The notes under the pieces: model-generated | What the model was told of the DNA's origin: nothing | Databases searched by the model: none | Seen by the model: the letters and a program-made list of their open reading frames with translations, nothing else | Part shown: positions 8,177 to 15,741 of the stretch, piece after piece | Layout of the letters: the number at the start of each line of letters is the position of its first letter | How positions within the stretch are numbered: the stretch's first letter is position 1 | Program-made: the position numbers and the translations under genes | Source of the DNA: Crocosphaera subtropica ATCC 51142 | Lineage (GTDB): Bacteria; Cyanobacteriota; Cyanobacteriia; Cyanobacteriales; Microcystaceae | DNA: 32,000 nucleotides | NCBI RefSeq assembly: GCF_000017845.1 | Contig: NC_010546.1 | Coordinates: 1,740,001 to 1,772,000 of the forward strand | Reading direction: 5' to 3'

Positions 8177-8950
8177 ATGGAAACCCTTTCCCCCTATCTT
8201 AAGTTACCCAAAGATGAACTCATTTATGATGACGGAGAACCCTTGGAAACAAACCGCCACCGCATTGCGATGAATGTTTTAATTGACTCGGTTTATCAAG
8301 CATTATTGCCCCGTGAGGACTTTTTTGCTGGCGGTAATATGTTTGTTTATTATAGTGCTACCCAACGAATGAATCGAGATTTTCGAGGGCCTGATTTTTT
8401 TGTCACTTTGAATGTAGATGGGACTCTAGATCGCAAAGCTTGGATTGTTTGGCAAGAAAATGGGCGTTATCCTGATGTTATTGTGGAGTTAATGTCTGAT
8501 TCTACAGCGAATATTGATAAAACAGACAAAAAAAACCTTTATGAGCAAATTTTTAAAACAAGAGAATATTATATTTATGATCCTTATGATGCCAGTTCTT
8601 TGCAAGGATGGCGGTTAAATGGACAGCAAACCTATAGCGAGATTATAGTCGATCAACGAGGATGGTTATTTTGTGAGACGTTACAGTTATATTTAGGAAC
8701 TTGGGAAGGAAAGGTATTAAATGAGTCCGCTTTTTGGCTAAGATTTTACGATTTACAGGGAAATTTAGTCTTATTACCGAAGGAAGAAGCAGAAATTGAA
8801 CATCAACGGGCAGAAATGGAACGTCAACGGGCTGACTCTGAACGACAACAAGCAGAAACCGAACGGCAACGGGCAGAAACTGAAAGGCAACGGGCAGAAC
8901 GTTTAGCAGCAAGATTAAAAGAATTAGGGATTGATCCTAATGAAATTTAG
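8177..8950 (+). CDS. Uma2-family (DUF820) PD-(D/E)xK-like endonuclease with C-terminal ERQRAE repeat tail
   Basis: PDFFV ... PDVIVELMSDST ... KKNLYEQIFKTREYYIYDP is the typical Uma2 core. The tail is (E-R/H-Q-R/Q-A-E/D-x) x5. Confidence 0.85.
   Translation: METLSPYLKLPKDELIYDDGEPLETNRHRIAMNVLIDSVYQALLPREDFFAGGNMFVYYSATQRMNRDFRGPDFFVTLNVDGTLDRKAWIVWQENGRYPDVIVELMSDSTANIDKTDKKNLYEQIFKTREYYIYDPYDASSLQGWRLNGQQTYSEIIVDQRGWLFCETLQLYLGTWEGKVLNESAFWLRFYDLQGNLVLLPKEEAEIEHQRAEMERQRADSERQQAETERQRAETERQRAERLAARLKELGIDPNEI
8798..8902 (+). repeat. 5 x 21-bp in-frame tandem repeat (GAACGNCAACGGGCAGAAAC-type) inside the Uma2 gene
   Basis: Units are at 8798, 8819, 8840, 8861 and 8882. Each encodes a 7-aa ERQRAEx unit. 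Confidence 0.85.
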
Positions 8951-8953
8951 TGC

Positions 8954-9289
8954 TTAATCTTCTATTTCTCGGTATTTTTCAACTTCAATTAAGGCTTTAA
9001 AATCATCAAATTGAAAAGCATTATTAGTCATATCTGTGCTTCCTTTTTTTTGTAATTGTTGGAAACAGTGAAGCATAGAATTCGTAGAAGTTAATAAACC
9101 TGATAACGCATAAGCCACGATTTTAAAGCCTATCTCTTCTAACTCTTCTAAGGATAAACAAGGGGTTTTCCCTCCTTCTATGATATTAGCTAATAAAGGA
9201 ATATCAGGAAAATAGTTACTAATTTTTTCTAATTCTTCTCTAGTTTGTGGGGCTTCGATAAAGATAATATCAGCACCGGCTTCTTGATG
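8954..9289 (-). pseudogene. C-terminal fragment of a PEP mutase/isocitrate lyase family gene (PrpB-like), truncated by the IS
   Basis: The minus-strand frame reads (K)HQEAGADIIFIEAPQTREELEKISNYFPDIPLLANIIEGGKTPCLSLEELEEIGFKIVAYALSG...IED-stop. This matches the EAGAD...EA...ANxxEGGKTP region of the family. No start codon or N-terminal half is attached. Confidence 0.7.
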
Positions 9290-10666
9290 TTTTTTACCAG
9301 GGTAAGCTCATCTAAAATCCGCTTGACAGAAGGAATTGAGAACAGTCATCATATAGTTGTTGTTCATAGCAGCTTGCTTCATTTTCTGGCGAAGACTACG
9401 TTTAAATGTTTTTTCTTGATGGAGAACATTAAGAGCCAATCGTCTTAGAAGAGCAAAGTTCTGTGGACTATATTCTGACCGAATACGGCATTGATCTTCA
9501 GAAAAAGTGACATCGAGTGTCCAATGAAGGTTATTCTCAATGCTCCAATGGGTGCGGATCGCATGGCAAAGGAATTGGGCATTGGGAGGTAAAGAGGTCA
9601 GATAAAACTGAATATCGTGGGTAGTCTTGTTCCACAAGTGACGGATGCGTTCGACTACGACAATAGTTTGCAGTCCATGCCATTGTTGTTGCTGGTAAAG
9701 CTCTCCCATAGCTGCTACTGGTATAGCCCAAACGTATCGTTTCTCGGTGCGGTGGTGGCCCTTGGTTACACTTTTGTAGTAATCATGTTCAATGCCATCC
9801 CAGCCATTGTTTTGGGTATCAGTAAACCATTGCTTGACTTGAGAAAATAAAGTAGGATGGTTAGCTTTGAGAGTAACAATGTAGTCAGCTTTTTGCCGAC
9901 AAATTTGTTGGATAATGCTGGTTTGAGTTCCCATTGCATCAATGGTAATGATCGAGCCTGTAATGTCTAATAGTTCGAGTAAGGCAGGAATGGCCGTAAT
10001 TTCATTGGAGTAGTTTTCAACTTTGACTTGTCCTAACACCAGACTCTGCTGGGATGCCCACGCTGTGACCGTATGTAAAGCGCACTGTCCGGCGTTGCGA
10101 TCGTAAGAACCCCTTAATGTTTTGCCATCGATGGGGATAATTTCTCCTTGAATTGAATTCATTATAGATTGAACCCATTTTTGTAGGCATTTTTGCAGCG
10201 ATTCTGGATCAATTCTCTCAAAAACTCTTCTAAATGTGTCATCACTCGGGATTCCGTGAGGGAGTTCTAGAAACTCTGATAACCACTCCTGTTTTGCGAT
10301 ACCATAGTTCTCCATATCTTCCCAACCTTGGGACCCTGCAATGACTGCCAATATAGCGATCGCCAATACATCTTTAAGGAGGTGTTTTTTGCTTCTTTGT
10401 ACTCTAGGATCTTCTATTTCTTTGACATAGCCTAATAAATTGTTTTGGATTTCATCAATAGATGCTATATTTCCCTTTTCCTTTTTTTTCTTACTAGATT
10501 GTTTTTGGTCTGCAAACCCCTTGGCCATGTTCTGATTCCATAATTACGAAAGTCCTAATTGTACTTTGTTTTTTTATTTTAAGTCCCTTTTTGCCTCACC
10601 TAGACTTTACTTTCTTAGTCAAGTACATTTTATACCATTTTAGATGAGCTTACCCTGGTTAAAAAA
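9290..10666 (-). mobile_element. ISAs1-family insertion sequence (about 1.36-1.38 kb)
   Basis: Terminal inverted repeats are TTTTTTACCAGGGTAAGCTCATCTAAAAT (9290..9318) and ATTTTAGATGAGCTTACCCTGGTTAAAAAA (10637..10666), matching 29/30 with one indel. The minimal unambiguous IR is GGGTAAGCTCATCTAAAAT. It holds a single transposase ORF whose stop codon lies inside the IR. No direct target duplication is seen. Confidence 0.8.
9308..10528 (-). CDS. ISAs1-family (H-repeat-associated) DDE transposase
   Basis: 406 aa. Motifs PRVQRSKKHLLKDVLAIAILAVIAG, IPIDGKTLRGS and IITIDAMGTQ are typical of ISAs1 transposases. Confidence 0.9.
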   Translation of the reverse strand: MAKGFADQKQSSKKKKEKGNIASIDEIQNNLLGYVKEIEDPRVQRSKKHLLKDVLAIAILAVIAGSQGWEDMENYGIAKQEWLSEFLELPHGIPSDDTFRRVFERIDPESLQKCLQKWVQSIMNSIQGEIIPIDGKTLRGSYDRNAGQCALHTVTAWASQQSLVLGQVKVENYSNEITAIPALLELLDITGSIITIDAMGTQTSIIQQICRQKADYIVTLKANHPTLFSQVKQWFTDTQNNGWDGIEHDYYKSVTKGHHRTEKRYVWAIPVAAMGELYQQQQWHGLQTIVVVERIRHLWNKTTHDIQFYLTSLPPNAQFLCHAIRTHWSIENNLHWTLDVTFSEDQCRIRSEYSPQNFALLRRLALNVLHQEKTFKRSLRQKMKQAAMNNNYMMTVLNSFCQADFR

Positions 10667-10836
10667 CCCAGATCAGGCAGTCCTAATAAAGAGGCTGACA
10701 TCCCAAACCCACTGGTAAAAATAAAAGAAAATTCTGCTTTTTGGGCCAACTTAGATCCGATACAATCATAAACAGCAGGGGCTGCAATAATGCCAGGTTT
10801 ATCTAATAGTTGGCGTAACGTTTTTGCTGAGTTCAT
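10666..10836 (-). pseudogene. N-terminal fragment (about 57 codons) of the same PEP mutase/isocitrate lyase family gene
   Basis: MNSAKTLRQLLDKPGIIAAPAVYDCIGSKLAQKAEFSFIFTSGFGMSASLLGLPDLG, then reading runs into the IS end and stops. This matches the family N-terminus (..SG.G.SAS.LG.PD.G). Confidence 0.7.
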
Positions 10837-10844
10837 AAACTATT

Positions 10845-11390
10845 TTAATCAAAGAATTCTGCTGCTTTAAAAGGTAAACCTTCTTGATCTTTTTTAGATA
10901 ATTTGGGTTCGTCTTTTAATTGCCAGTCGATGGCGAGATCGGGATCATTCCATAAAATACTTCTTTCATATTGTGGAGCATAATAATCAGTGGTTTTGTA
11001 TAAAAATTCAGCAGCATCAGATAAAACAACAAACCCGTGAGCAAACCCTTCAGGAACCCAAAACTGACGCTTATTTTCTTCACTTAATAGACAGCTTACC
11101 CACTGACCAAAAGTCGGGGAACTTTTACGAATATCCACCGCAACATCTAACACTTCACCCACCACAACACGGACTAATTTTCCTTGAGGTTGTTGAATTT
11201 GATAATGAAGTCCTCGGAGGACATTTTTTTGTGATCGCGAATGATTATCCTGTACAAAATTTCGTTCTATTCCTGTTGCTTCTGTGAAAGCTTTTTGATT
11301 ATAACTTTCATAAAAAAAGCCACGGTCATCACCAAAGACACGAGGTTCAATAATAACAACATCAGGAATTTTTGTTTGAATTACATTCAT
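10845..11390 (-). CDS. rfbC: dTDP-4-dehydrorhamnose 3,5-epimerase
   Basis: 181 aa. RmlC cupin signatures are FGDDRGFFYESYN, RGLHYQ, QGKLVRVV.GEVLDVAVDIR and VPEGFAHGF. Confidence 0.92.
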   Translation of the reverse strand: MNVIQTKIPDVVIIEPRVFGDDRGFFYESYNQKAFTEATGIERNFVQDNHSRSQKNVLRGLHYQIQQPQGKLVRVVVGEVLDVAVDIRKSSPTFGQWVSCLLSEENKRQFWVPEGFAHGFVVLSDAAEFLYKTTDYYAPQYERSILWNDPDLAIDWQLKDEPKLSKKDQEGLPFKAAEFFD

Positions 11391-11418
11391 AATTAATAAC
11401 TAATAATTGGTAACTGAA

Positions 11419-12072
11419 TTAAACTTCCACTGTCACCCAATTTTGTAACGCTTCCCATCCCAACCCTTGACGAATAATAGAAGGAGGATCAGAAGTCATA
11501 TCTAAAATAGTAGACACATCAAAACCTGGTTCTAAACTATTATCAATAATCATATCAACCTGACTTTCTAATATATCAAACAATCTCGCTTTTTCTAAAC
11601 CAATGGTGGGAAACTCTCCCTCTTCGTCTGGTAAATGAGCAGAAGTCGAAATAATCGGATTATTTAATTCTGTTAAAATAGCTTGACAAATGGGATGATC
11701 AGGAACCCGAATACCTGTGGTTTTTCGTTTAGGACTCATCACTAATTTTGGCACAGCTTTAGTCGCTGGTAATAGGAAAGTATATGGGCCAGGAATTACT
11801 CGTTTCATGATACGATAAGCTTCATCTGTAACCCCGGCATATTCAGAAATATTGGACAAAGAAGAACATAAAAAGGTCAAAGGTTTATCATTAGATAATT
11901 GCTTTAATTGTCGCACCCGTTGCACGGCTGATTTACTATTAAGATCACAACCGATCGCATACACTGTATCGGTAGGATATAACATAATCGCCCCTTTTCT
12001 CAGGGAATCACAAATTTCGTCGATGCGACGGGGTTGAGGGTTTTCGGGATGAAGATCGTATAAAATAGCCAT
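11419..12072 (-). CDS. tsaC: L-threonylcarbamoyladenylate synthase, YrdC/TsaC/Sua5 family
   Basis: [19 protein letters not shown] and GIRVPDHPI are YrdC-domain motifs. The ATG at 12072 (MAILYDL) is preferred over the TTG at 12084. Confidence 0.85.
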   Translation of the reverse strand: MAILYDLHPENPQPRRIDEICDSLRKGAIMLYPTDTVYAIGCDLNSKSAVQRVRQLKQLSNDKPLTFLCSSLSNISEYAGVTDEAYRIMKRVIPGPYTFLLPATKAVPKLVMSPKRKTTGIRVPDHPICQAILTELNNPIISTSAHLPDEEGEFPTIGLEKARLFDILESQVDMIIDNSLEPGFDVSTILDMTSDPPSIIRQGLGWEALQNWVTVEV

Positions 12073-12076
12073 AATT

Positions 12077-13374
12077 ATGACCAAAATAGCTTATTTAGAC
12101 TGTGTGACAGGTATTGCAGGGGATATGTGCTTAGGGGCTTTAGTGGATAGCGGTGTTCCTTTAGAATACTTGATTGAGCAACTCCAAGGGTTAAAAATTG
12201 ACCACGAATATGAGTTAAGTCAAGAAAAAGTACAACGCAAAGGACAACAAGCCACTAAGGTTTATGTTAGCTTGGTAGAGCAAGATTCTCCTATAGATGA
12301 GCAGAGGAGCAGAGGGAGCAAAAATGATCATAGTGTTAAAACTTCTGCCCAAACTACCCCTAAAAGCCATCATCACCATCATACCTCTGCCCGTCATCTT
12401 CCTGAAATTGAAGCAATGATTAAAGCGGCCAACTTACCGCCACGGGTGACACAGTGGAGTCTAGATATATTCCGTCGTTTAGCCATCGCAGAAGGGGCTG
12501 TACACGGGATTTCACCGGAAAAGGTACATTTTCATGAAGTGGGGGCAACGGATGCCATCGTGGATATTGTCGGCAGTTGTCTGGGGTTAGATTATTTAGA
12601 GATAGATGAGTTATATTGTTCGGCGTTACCTACCGGTGGGGGGACGGTTTGGGCTGCCCATGGCCGTTTGCCGGTGCCGGTGCCTGCGGTATTGAAGTTA
12701 TGGGAGTCCCGACAAGTTCCTATTTATAGTAACAAGATTGAGAAAGAATTAGTCACGCCTACCGGGGCTGCGATCGCTGTTACCTTAGTTAAAAGTTTTG
12801 GTGAACCTCCCAATATGATACTAGAAAAAGTCGGGTTAGGTGCCGGTTCAAAAGACTTATCTTTGCCTAATATTTTGCGTCTGTGGATAGGGGAAAAAGT
12901 GACAGAAAAAAAAACAGTAATGTCGATGTAGTTGCGGTGTTAGAAACCCAAATAGACGATCTCAGTCCGCAGGTTTTTGGTTATTTATTTGAGGTTTTAT
13001 TGAATGTTGGTGCGTTAGATGTATTTACTCAGTCAGTGATGATGAAAAAATCACGGCCAGGTATATTATTAACGGTTATTTGTCCCATTGATAAAATAAA
13101 TGTTTGTGAAACTATTATTTTTAGAGAAACCACCACATTAGGTATTCGTCAAACGATTCAAAAACGTTCAATTTTAGACCGAGAAATCAAAACGGTTAAT
13201 ACACAATATGGAGAAGTTAGGGTTAAAATAGCTAGTCAAGGAACAGGAGAGAATACAAACCTTATTAATGTACAACCAGAATATGAAGATTGTGCGACTA
13301 TAGCGAGAAAGTTTAATGAACCTTTAACAACGATTCAAAAAATAGTTTTAGATGCTTTTTATTCTATAGATTGA
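12077..13374 (+). CDS. larC: LarC-family nickel-insertion protein (DUF111), split into two ORFs (12077..12931 and 12883..13374) that need a -1 frameshift
   Basis: The N-terminus [26 protein letters not shown], the His-rich stretch [12 protein letters not shown] and [16 protein letters not shown] lie in frame 2. The conserved continuation [15 protein letters not shown]... lies in frame 1. The frames meet at the A9 run. Confidence 0.8.
12906..12914 (+). other. A9 homopolymer slippery site at the larC frame junction
   Basis: GAA AAA AAA ACA in the zero frame and A AAA AAA AAC in the -1 frame. The zero-frame stop TAG is at 12929..12931. Confidence 0.7.
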
Positions 13375-13441
13375 TTTTATTATAATAGTTGAGCATACTT
13401 AATACTATAGAACTCAATTCTCAATATTTAAAGGAGTTTTT

Positions 13442-13685
13442 ATGAACGAACAAATATTACTCAATAAATGGCAAATCTTAGATCCAGATGATCAAGAAAA
13501 AGTCATTGTTTTTATGGATGTCTTACAACAGAAAAATTTTGATTATCTTATCAACCAAAAACAGAACTGGGTAAAAAACTCTGGAAACTGAGACAAAAAA
13601 ATTGGCTGATCCCAATGTTAAATTATTAGATTGGGAAGGAGTAGAAGCTGAACTAGATAACATCAGAGGTCAAAATCAAGGATAA
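13442..13685 (+). pseudogene. Decayed small antitoxin-like gene (two apparent frameshifts)
   Basis: Frame a reads MNEQILLNKWQILDPDDQEKVIVFMDVLQQKNFDYL..stop at 13591. Frame b reads PKTELGKKLWKLRQK. Frame c reads LADPNVKLLDWEGVEAELDNIRGQNQG-stop at 13685. Together these resemble small cyanobacterial 85-90 aa proteins that I recall. The shifts fall at A-runs. Confidence 0.35.
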
Positions 13686-13767
13686 AAACCTATCTCGATT
13701 ACACAGAGTTACGGAACTTCAAGTTATTTCTATTGCTAATTTAGTTTAATGTTAAAATAGTTGTGTT

Positions 13768-14688
13768 ATGTCATCAACCAAAGCTTATTTAAAGTGGATA
13801 GTCCTAGGGATTACCTTATTTTTTATTGTTTCTACCTTTAGAAATCATTGGCAAGCTGTCACAGAAATCACAATTAATTCTCAAGGATGGCTGTTTTTAT
13901 TGTTAGCTTTAATTATTACTTTATTGGCACATATTTGGTCAGCTTTTGTTTGGATAAAAATACTTTATTTATTTAAACAGTCTTGTTCGTATAAATGGGG
14001 TTTGAAAATATATTTAGTCACTAATATTTATAAGTATTTACCTGGAAATGTTGGTCATTTTTATGGTCGTATTAATGCTGTTTCTAAGCAAGGTGTTTCT
14101 TTATCGGTGGCTAGTTTAAGTGTCTTGTTAGAACCATTATTAATGGCGGCGGCTGCGTTATTTATTGCTTTATTAAGTCATAGTATTGGTATTATTGAAA
14201 CTACGAAAAACTTGACTATCTTATTTTTACAATGCTTTCTCTTAATTAGTGTTTTAGTTGGAATTCACCCTTTTATTATTAATGGACTTCTTCGCTTTAT
14301 TAAAAAGATAAAATCCAAAGACAATCAAGAAACAGAAACCATCTATGTACAGAAATATCCTGGTATCATTTTAATAGGAGAAATTATATTTTTATTATTA
14401 AGAGGATTAGGATTTATTTTAGCTTTAATGGCCTTTATGTCTATCTCTTTTCAACAAATACCCATTATTATTAGTGCCTTTAGCTTTGCTTGGTTACTAG
14501 GTTTAGTTATTCCTGGTGCGCCTGGGGGTTTAGGGGTTTTTGAAGCAACAATTATCGCGTTATTAGAAACATCATCTCTACCCATCGGCATCGTTTTAAC
14601 CACCATTGCTATTTTCAGAATTATTAGTATTTTAGCCGAAGTAATCGGAGCAGGATTAGGTTATTTAGGGTTTCAAAGCAATAGTTAG
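13768..14688 (+). CDS. UPF0104 / lysylphosphatidylglycerol-synthase-TM-region-like integral membrane protein
   Basis: 306 aa with about 8 hydrophobic segments. Motifs are YLPGNVGHFYGRI and IPGAPGGLGVFEA. Confidence 0.75.
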   Translation: MSSTKAYLKWIVLGITLFFIVSTFRNHWQAVTEITINSQGWLFLLLALIITLLAHIWSAFVWIKILYLFKQSCSYKWGLKIYLVTNIYKYLPGNVGHFYGRINAVSKQGVSLSVASLSVLLEPLLMAAAALFIALLSHSIGIIETTKNLTILFLQCFLLISVLVGIHPFIINGLLRFIKKIKSKDNQETETIYVQKYPGIILIGEIIFLLLRGLGFILALMAFMSISFQQIPIIISAFSFAWLLGLVIPGAPGGLGVFEATIIALLETSSLPIGIVLTTIAIFRIISILAEVIGAGLGYLGFQSNS

Positions 14689-14709
14689 GAGATAATAATC
14701 CCCTAACTA
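14682..14709. terminator. Hairpin TAGTTAGG-N12-CCTAACTA between convergent genes
   Basis: An 8-bp stem overlaps the stop codon of the 13768..14688 gene. There is no clear U-tract. Confidence 0.3.
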
Positions 14710-14723
14710 CTTATTAAAACTAA

Positions 14724-15530
14724 TTATTCGTTGCTAATATAGCGAGCAACAAAGTCTTTGGCAGCTTTAGCAAAAGAACTTCTTGCTTCTGGTTCTTCAT
14801 CAGGAAGTCCATAAACCGAAGCACCCGGTTCTTTAGGTTTCTCAGTCACTTTAGGTTGAGCAGGGGTTTCTGTTGGCTTTTTAGCCTCGGTTTTAGTTTC
14901 CTTGGGGGTTGGTTCTTTAAGTTCAGAACTAGGAGGAGTTTCTATTGGCTTTTTAGCCTCGGTTTCAGTTTCCTTGGGGGTTGGTTCTTTAAGTTCGGAA
15001 CTAGGAGGAGTTTCTGTTGGCTTTTTGGCCTCGGTTTCAGTTTCTTTGGTAGGGGGTTCTTTCGCTTCAGAAGTAGCAGAGGTTTCTGTTGGCTTTTTAG
15101 CTTCAGGCGTTTCTAGATTATTTTCTTTTAATTGTGTCATAGGACTCGTTTCTTCTGATTCTGTTGTGTTATCGGTTGAATCTATATTGTCCACTTCTTC
15201 TGTAGAAGTGTCCTGATTTGATGGTGTTATTGTAGCAGGTGAATCGGAAATTGTCGTTTCAGAGGGAGAAGTTGGGGAAGTTTCTTGCGGTTCGGGGGGT
15301 TGTAAAACTTTGATAAACTGCTTTAATTGTTCTTCTTCTGTAACGGAGAGATGACGAACTTCTTCTACTTTTTTAGCGATTTCTGTCTCACCTAGATAGG
15401 CTAACCAGTTCTCAAAATCCCCACGTTTCAAATAATATATGACTTCTTGAGGAGACTGATGGCAGACTCCAATTAAATCTTGTACGCTATAAGCGAGGTG
15501 ACCACTGCTAAATCTAAAGGGTTCTGGCAT
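14724..15530 (-). CDS. Hypothetical protein with a conserved-looking N-terminal domain and an E/K/P/T-rich 24-aa tandem-repeat region
   Basis: The ATG at 15530 (MPEPFRFSSGHLAY...) is preferred over the TTG at 15554. The repeat unit is EAKKPTETPPSSELKEPTPKETET, about 3.4 copies. Confidence 0.65.
   Translation of the reverse strand: MPEPFRFSSGHLAYSVQDLIGVCHQSPQEVIYYLKRGDFENWLAYLGETEIAKKVEEVRHLSVTEEEQLKQFIKVLQPPEPQETSPTSPSETTISDSPATITPSNQDTSTEEVDNIDSTDNTTESEETSPMTQLKENNLETPEAKKPTETSATSEAKEPPTKETETEAKKPTETPPSSELKEPTPKETETEAKKPIETPPSSELKEPTPKETKTEAKKPTETPAQPKVTEKPKEPGASVYGLPDEEPEARSSFAKAAKDFVARYISNE
14866..15112 (-). repeat. 72-bp in-frame tandem repeat, about 3.4 copies
   Basis: Units start at 14866, 14938, 15010 and 15082 (GTTTCTGTTGGCTTTTTAGCCTCGG...). 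Copies 1 and 2 are nearly identical. Confidence 0.9.
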
Positions 15531-15741
15531 GGTTTCTTTTGTAATGTATAACAATAATTGAAGAGATTAAACTCTCTTTCTCAAGATACTATCAAATAGC
15601 CTCACCTCTACGCTATCATCCAATAGTTAGGGTAAAGATTATCATGATAAATCTTTCTTTCAGCTAAAACTCAGCTTTCTATCATTTAGAGTTTAGTGAA
15701 TTGTGAGAGTATGAGCATAGACTTATCTTACATTGTCAACA

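Noticed and set aside
9245-9850. Plus- and minus-strand small ORFs inside the IS (9245..9448, 9537..9731, 9617..9850).
   Set aside because: They lie inside or antisense to the intact ISAs1 transposase gene.
14866-15112. Possible CRISPR array, given the regularly spaced repeats.
   Set aside because: The units are directly contiguous with no unique spacers, they are in frame within a CDS, and no cas genes are present. The same applies to the 21-bp and 7-bp arrays.
14856-15216. Plus-strand ORFs 14856..15116 and 14902..15216 with repetitive translations.
   Set aside because: They are antisense or alternate-frame artefacts of the 72-bp tandem repeat. Stop-free frames are expected in such repeats.
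15636-15658. Imperfect palindrome AAAGATTATCATGATAAATCTTT in the divergent spacer upstream of the histidine kinase.
   Set aside because: It is an AT-rich near-palindrome with an asymmetric arm, which is common by chance in AT-rich spacers. No known operator consensus was recognised.
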